A DNA stretch of 64,000 nucleotides from Nitrospirales bacterium. GTDB taxonomy: Bacteria > Nitrospirota > Nitrospiria > Nitrospirales > UBA8639. The notes beneath the pieces were generated by a model. That model made no database searches. It saw only the letters and a list, made by a program, of their open reading frames with translations, and was not told the origin of the DNA. The translations under genes and the position numbers were made by a program. This document shows positions 63,456-64,000 of the stretch, one piece after another (positions within the stretch are counted from its first letter, which is position 1; every line of letters starts with the position of its first letter). Location: positions 32,001 to 96,000 of the forward strand of contig CBDCWC010000003.1 in assembly GCA_965223295.1 (NCBI GenBank), given 5' to 3'.

Positions 63456-64000
63456 ATGATGTCGCCCAGGAACATCGATCGATATCAATGCAAATTTTTT
63501 TCTCCGGCATTCATGTTTATGAGCGTCTGTCTACTTCCCATACTGGCCATAGCCCAAGACATGCCCCCCCAGGAAGAAGACGAAATCGAAATGCTTGAGG
63601 TCATCGAGATTACGGGAACCGTTGTGGAGGATACTCCTCGAAACATGATCTTCCCCACTCCACAAATCCCAGCCCAGCTTCATATCATGGTGACGGATCA
63701 ACTGGCACTTCCCAAATTTGAATTGATCAAGCCATTTGAAAAACCATCGACGATCTTGTTGGATGAAACTGCCAAGAACCGCAATATCCATACGCCTGTT
63801 AAGCCATTAAAAACTGATCATCCTCCTTTTCCCAGACGCGCACGAGAACAGGGCTGGCATGGACGAGTGATCTTACGCTTGGCTATTTCGTCTCAAGGCC
63901 AAGTACAATCAGCCAATATTCACCAAAGTTCTGGACACCCGCTCTTGGATGACAGTGCCGTCAAGGCTGCCACCCAATGGCAGTTTCAACCTGCGAAAAA
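63456..64000 (+). CDS. TonB C-terminal-domain protein (3' truncated; not in ORF track; start could be 63435-63513)
   Basis: Open frame to window end: PPFPRRAREQGWHGRVILRLAISSQGQV..SSGHPLLDDSAVKAATQWQFQPA. Confidence 0.85.
   Translation, partial: MMSPRNIDRYQCKFFSPAFMFMSVCLLPILAIAQDMPPQEEDEIEMLEVIEITGTVVEDTPRNMIFPTPQIPAQLHIMVTDQLALPKFELIKPFEKPSTILLDETAKNRNIHTPVKPLKTDHPPFPRRAREQGWHGRVILRLAISSQGQVQSANIHQSSGHPLLDDSAVKAATQWQFQPAK

Noticed and set aside
63250-63460. Fur boxes upstream of the TonB-domain gene
   Set aside because: Only GATAAT half-sites (about 63254 and 63444) without a matching second half

Overview
Mostly a core chromosomal region of a bacterium. Gene order and dispersed repeat families resemble Nitrospirota (Nitrospirales); this assignment is inference. 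Housekeeping content: 3' end of putA/P5C dehydrogenase, tRNA-Gln(CUG), gltX, queA, an ilvBNC-psd-pssA-leuA-leuB-NHL-asd-spoIID-queA cluster, bioF, comM (frameshifted), ltaE, tsaC, purD, purH, a complete nuoA-N complex I operon (fused nuoCD, one nuoM) preceded by a MidA/NDUFAF7-like methyltransferase, secA and a partial TonB-domain gene. Accessory patches: (1) 462-5385 holds an orphan promoter-to-terminator unit of about 470 nt with no long ORF and a string of hairpins (candidate new structured RNA, with a 9-codon ORF ending in an in-phase A_AAA_AAG slippery site), a stand-alone motAB plus membrane methyltransferase operon, and a ~1 kb integrase-less island remnant at tRNA-Gln encoding a frameshifted secreted His-repeat peptide. 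(2) 38683-40980 holds a HEAT-repeat gene and a HepT/MntA toxin-antitoxin pair, bracketed by inverted MITE-like repeats, whose toxin lacks the AMPylation-target Tyr. Also present: a membrane pseudokinase, vapBC, and three families of short non-autonomous repeats, some nested. No CRISPR array, rRNA or intact transposase/integrase was seen.
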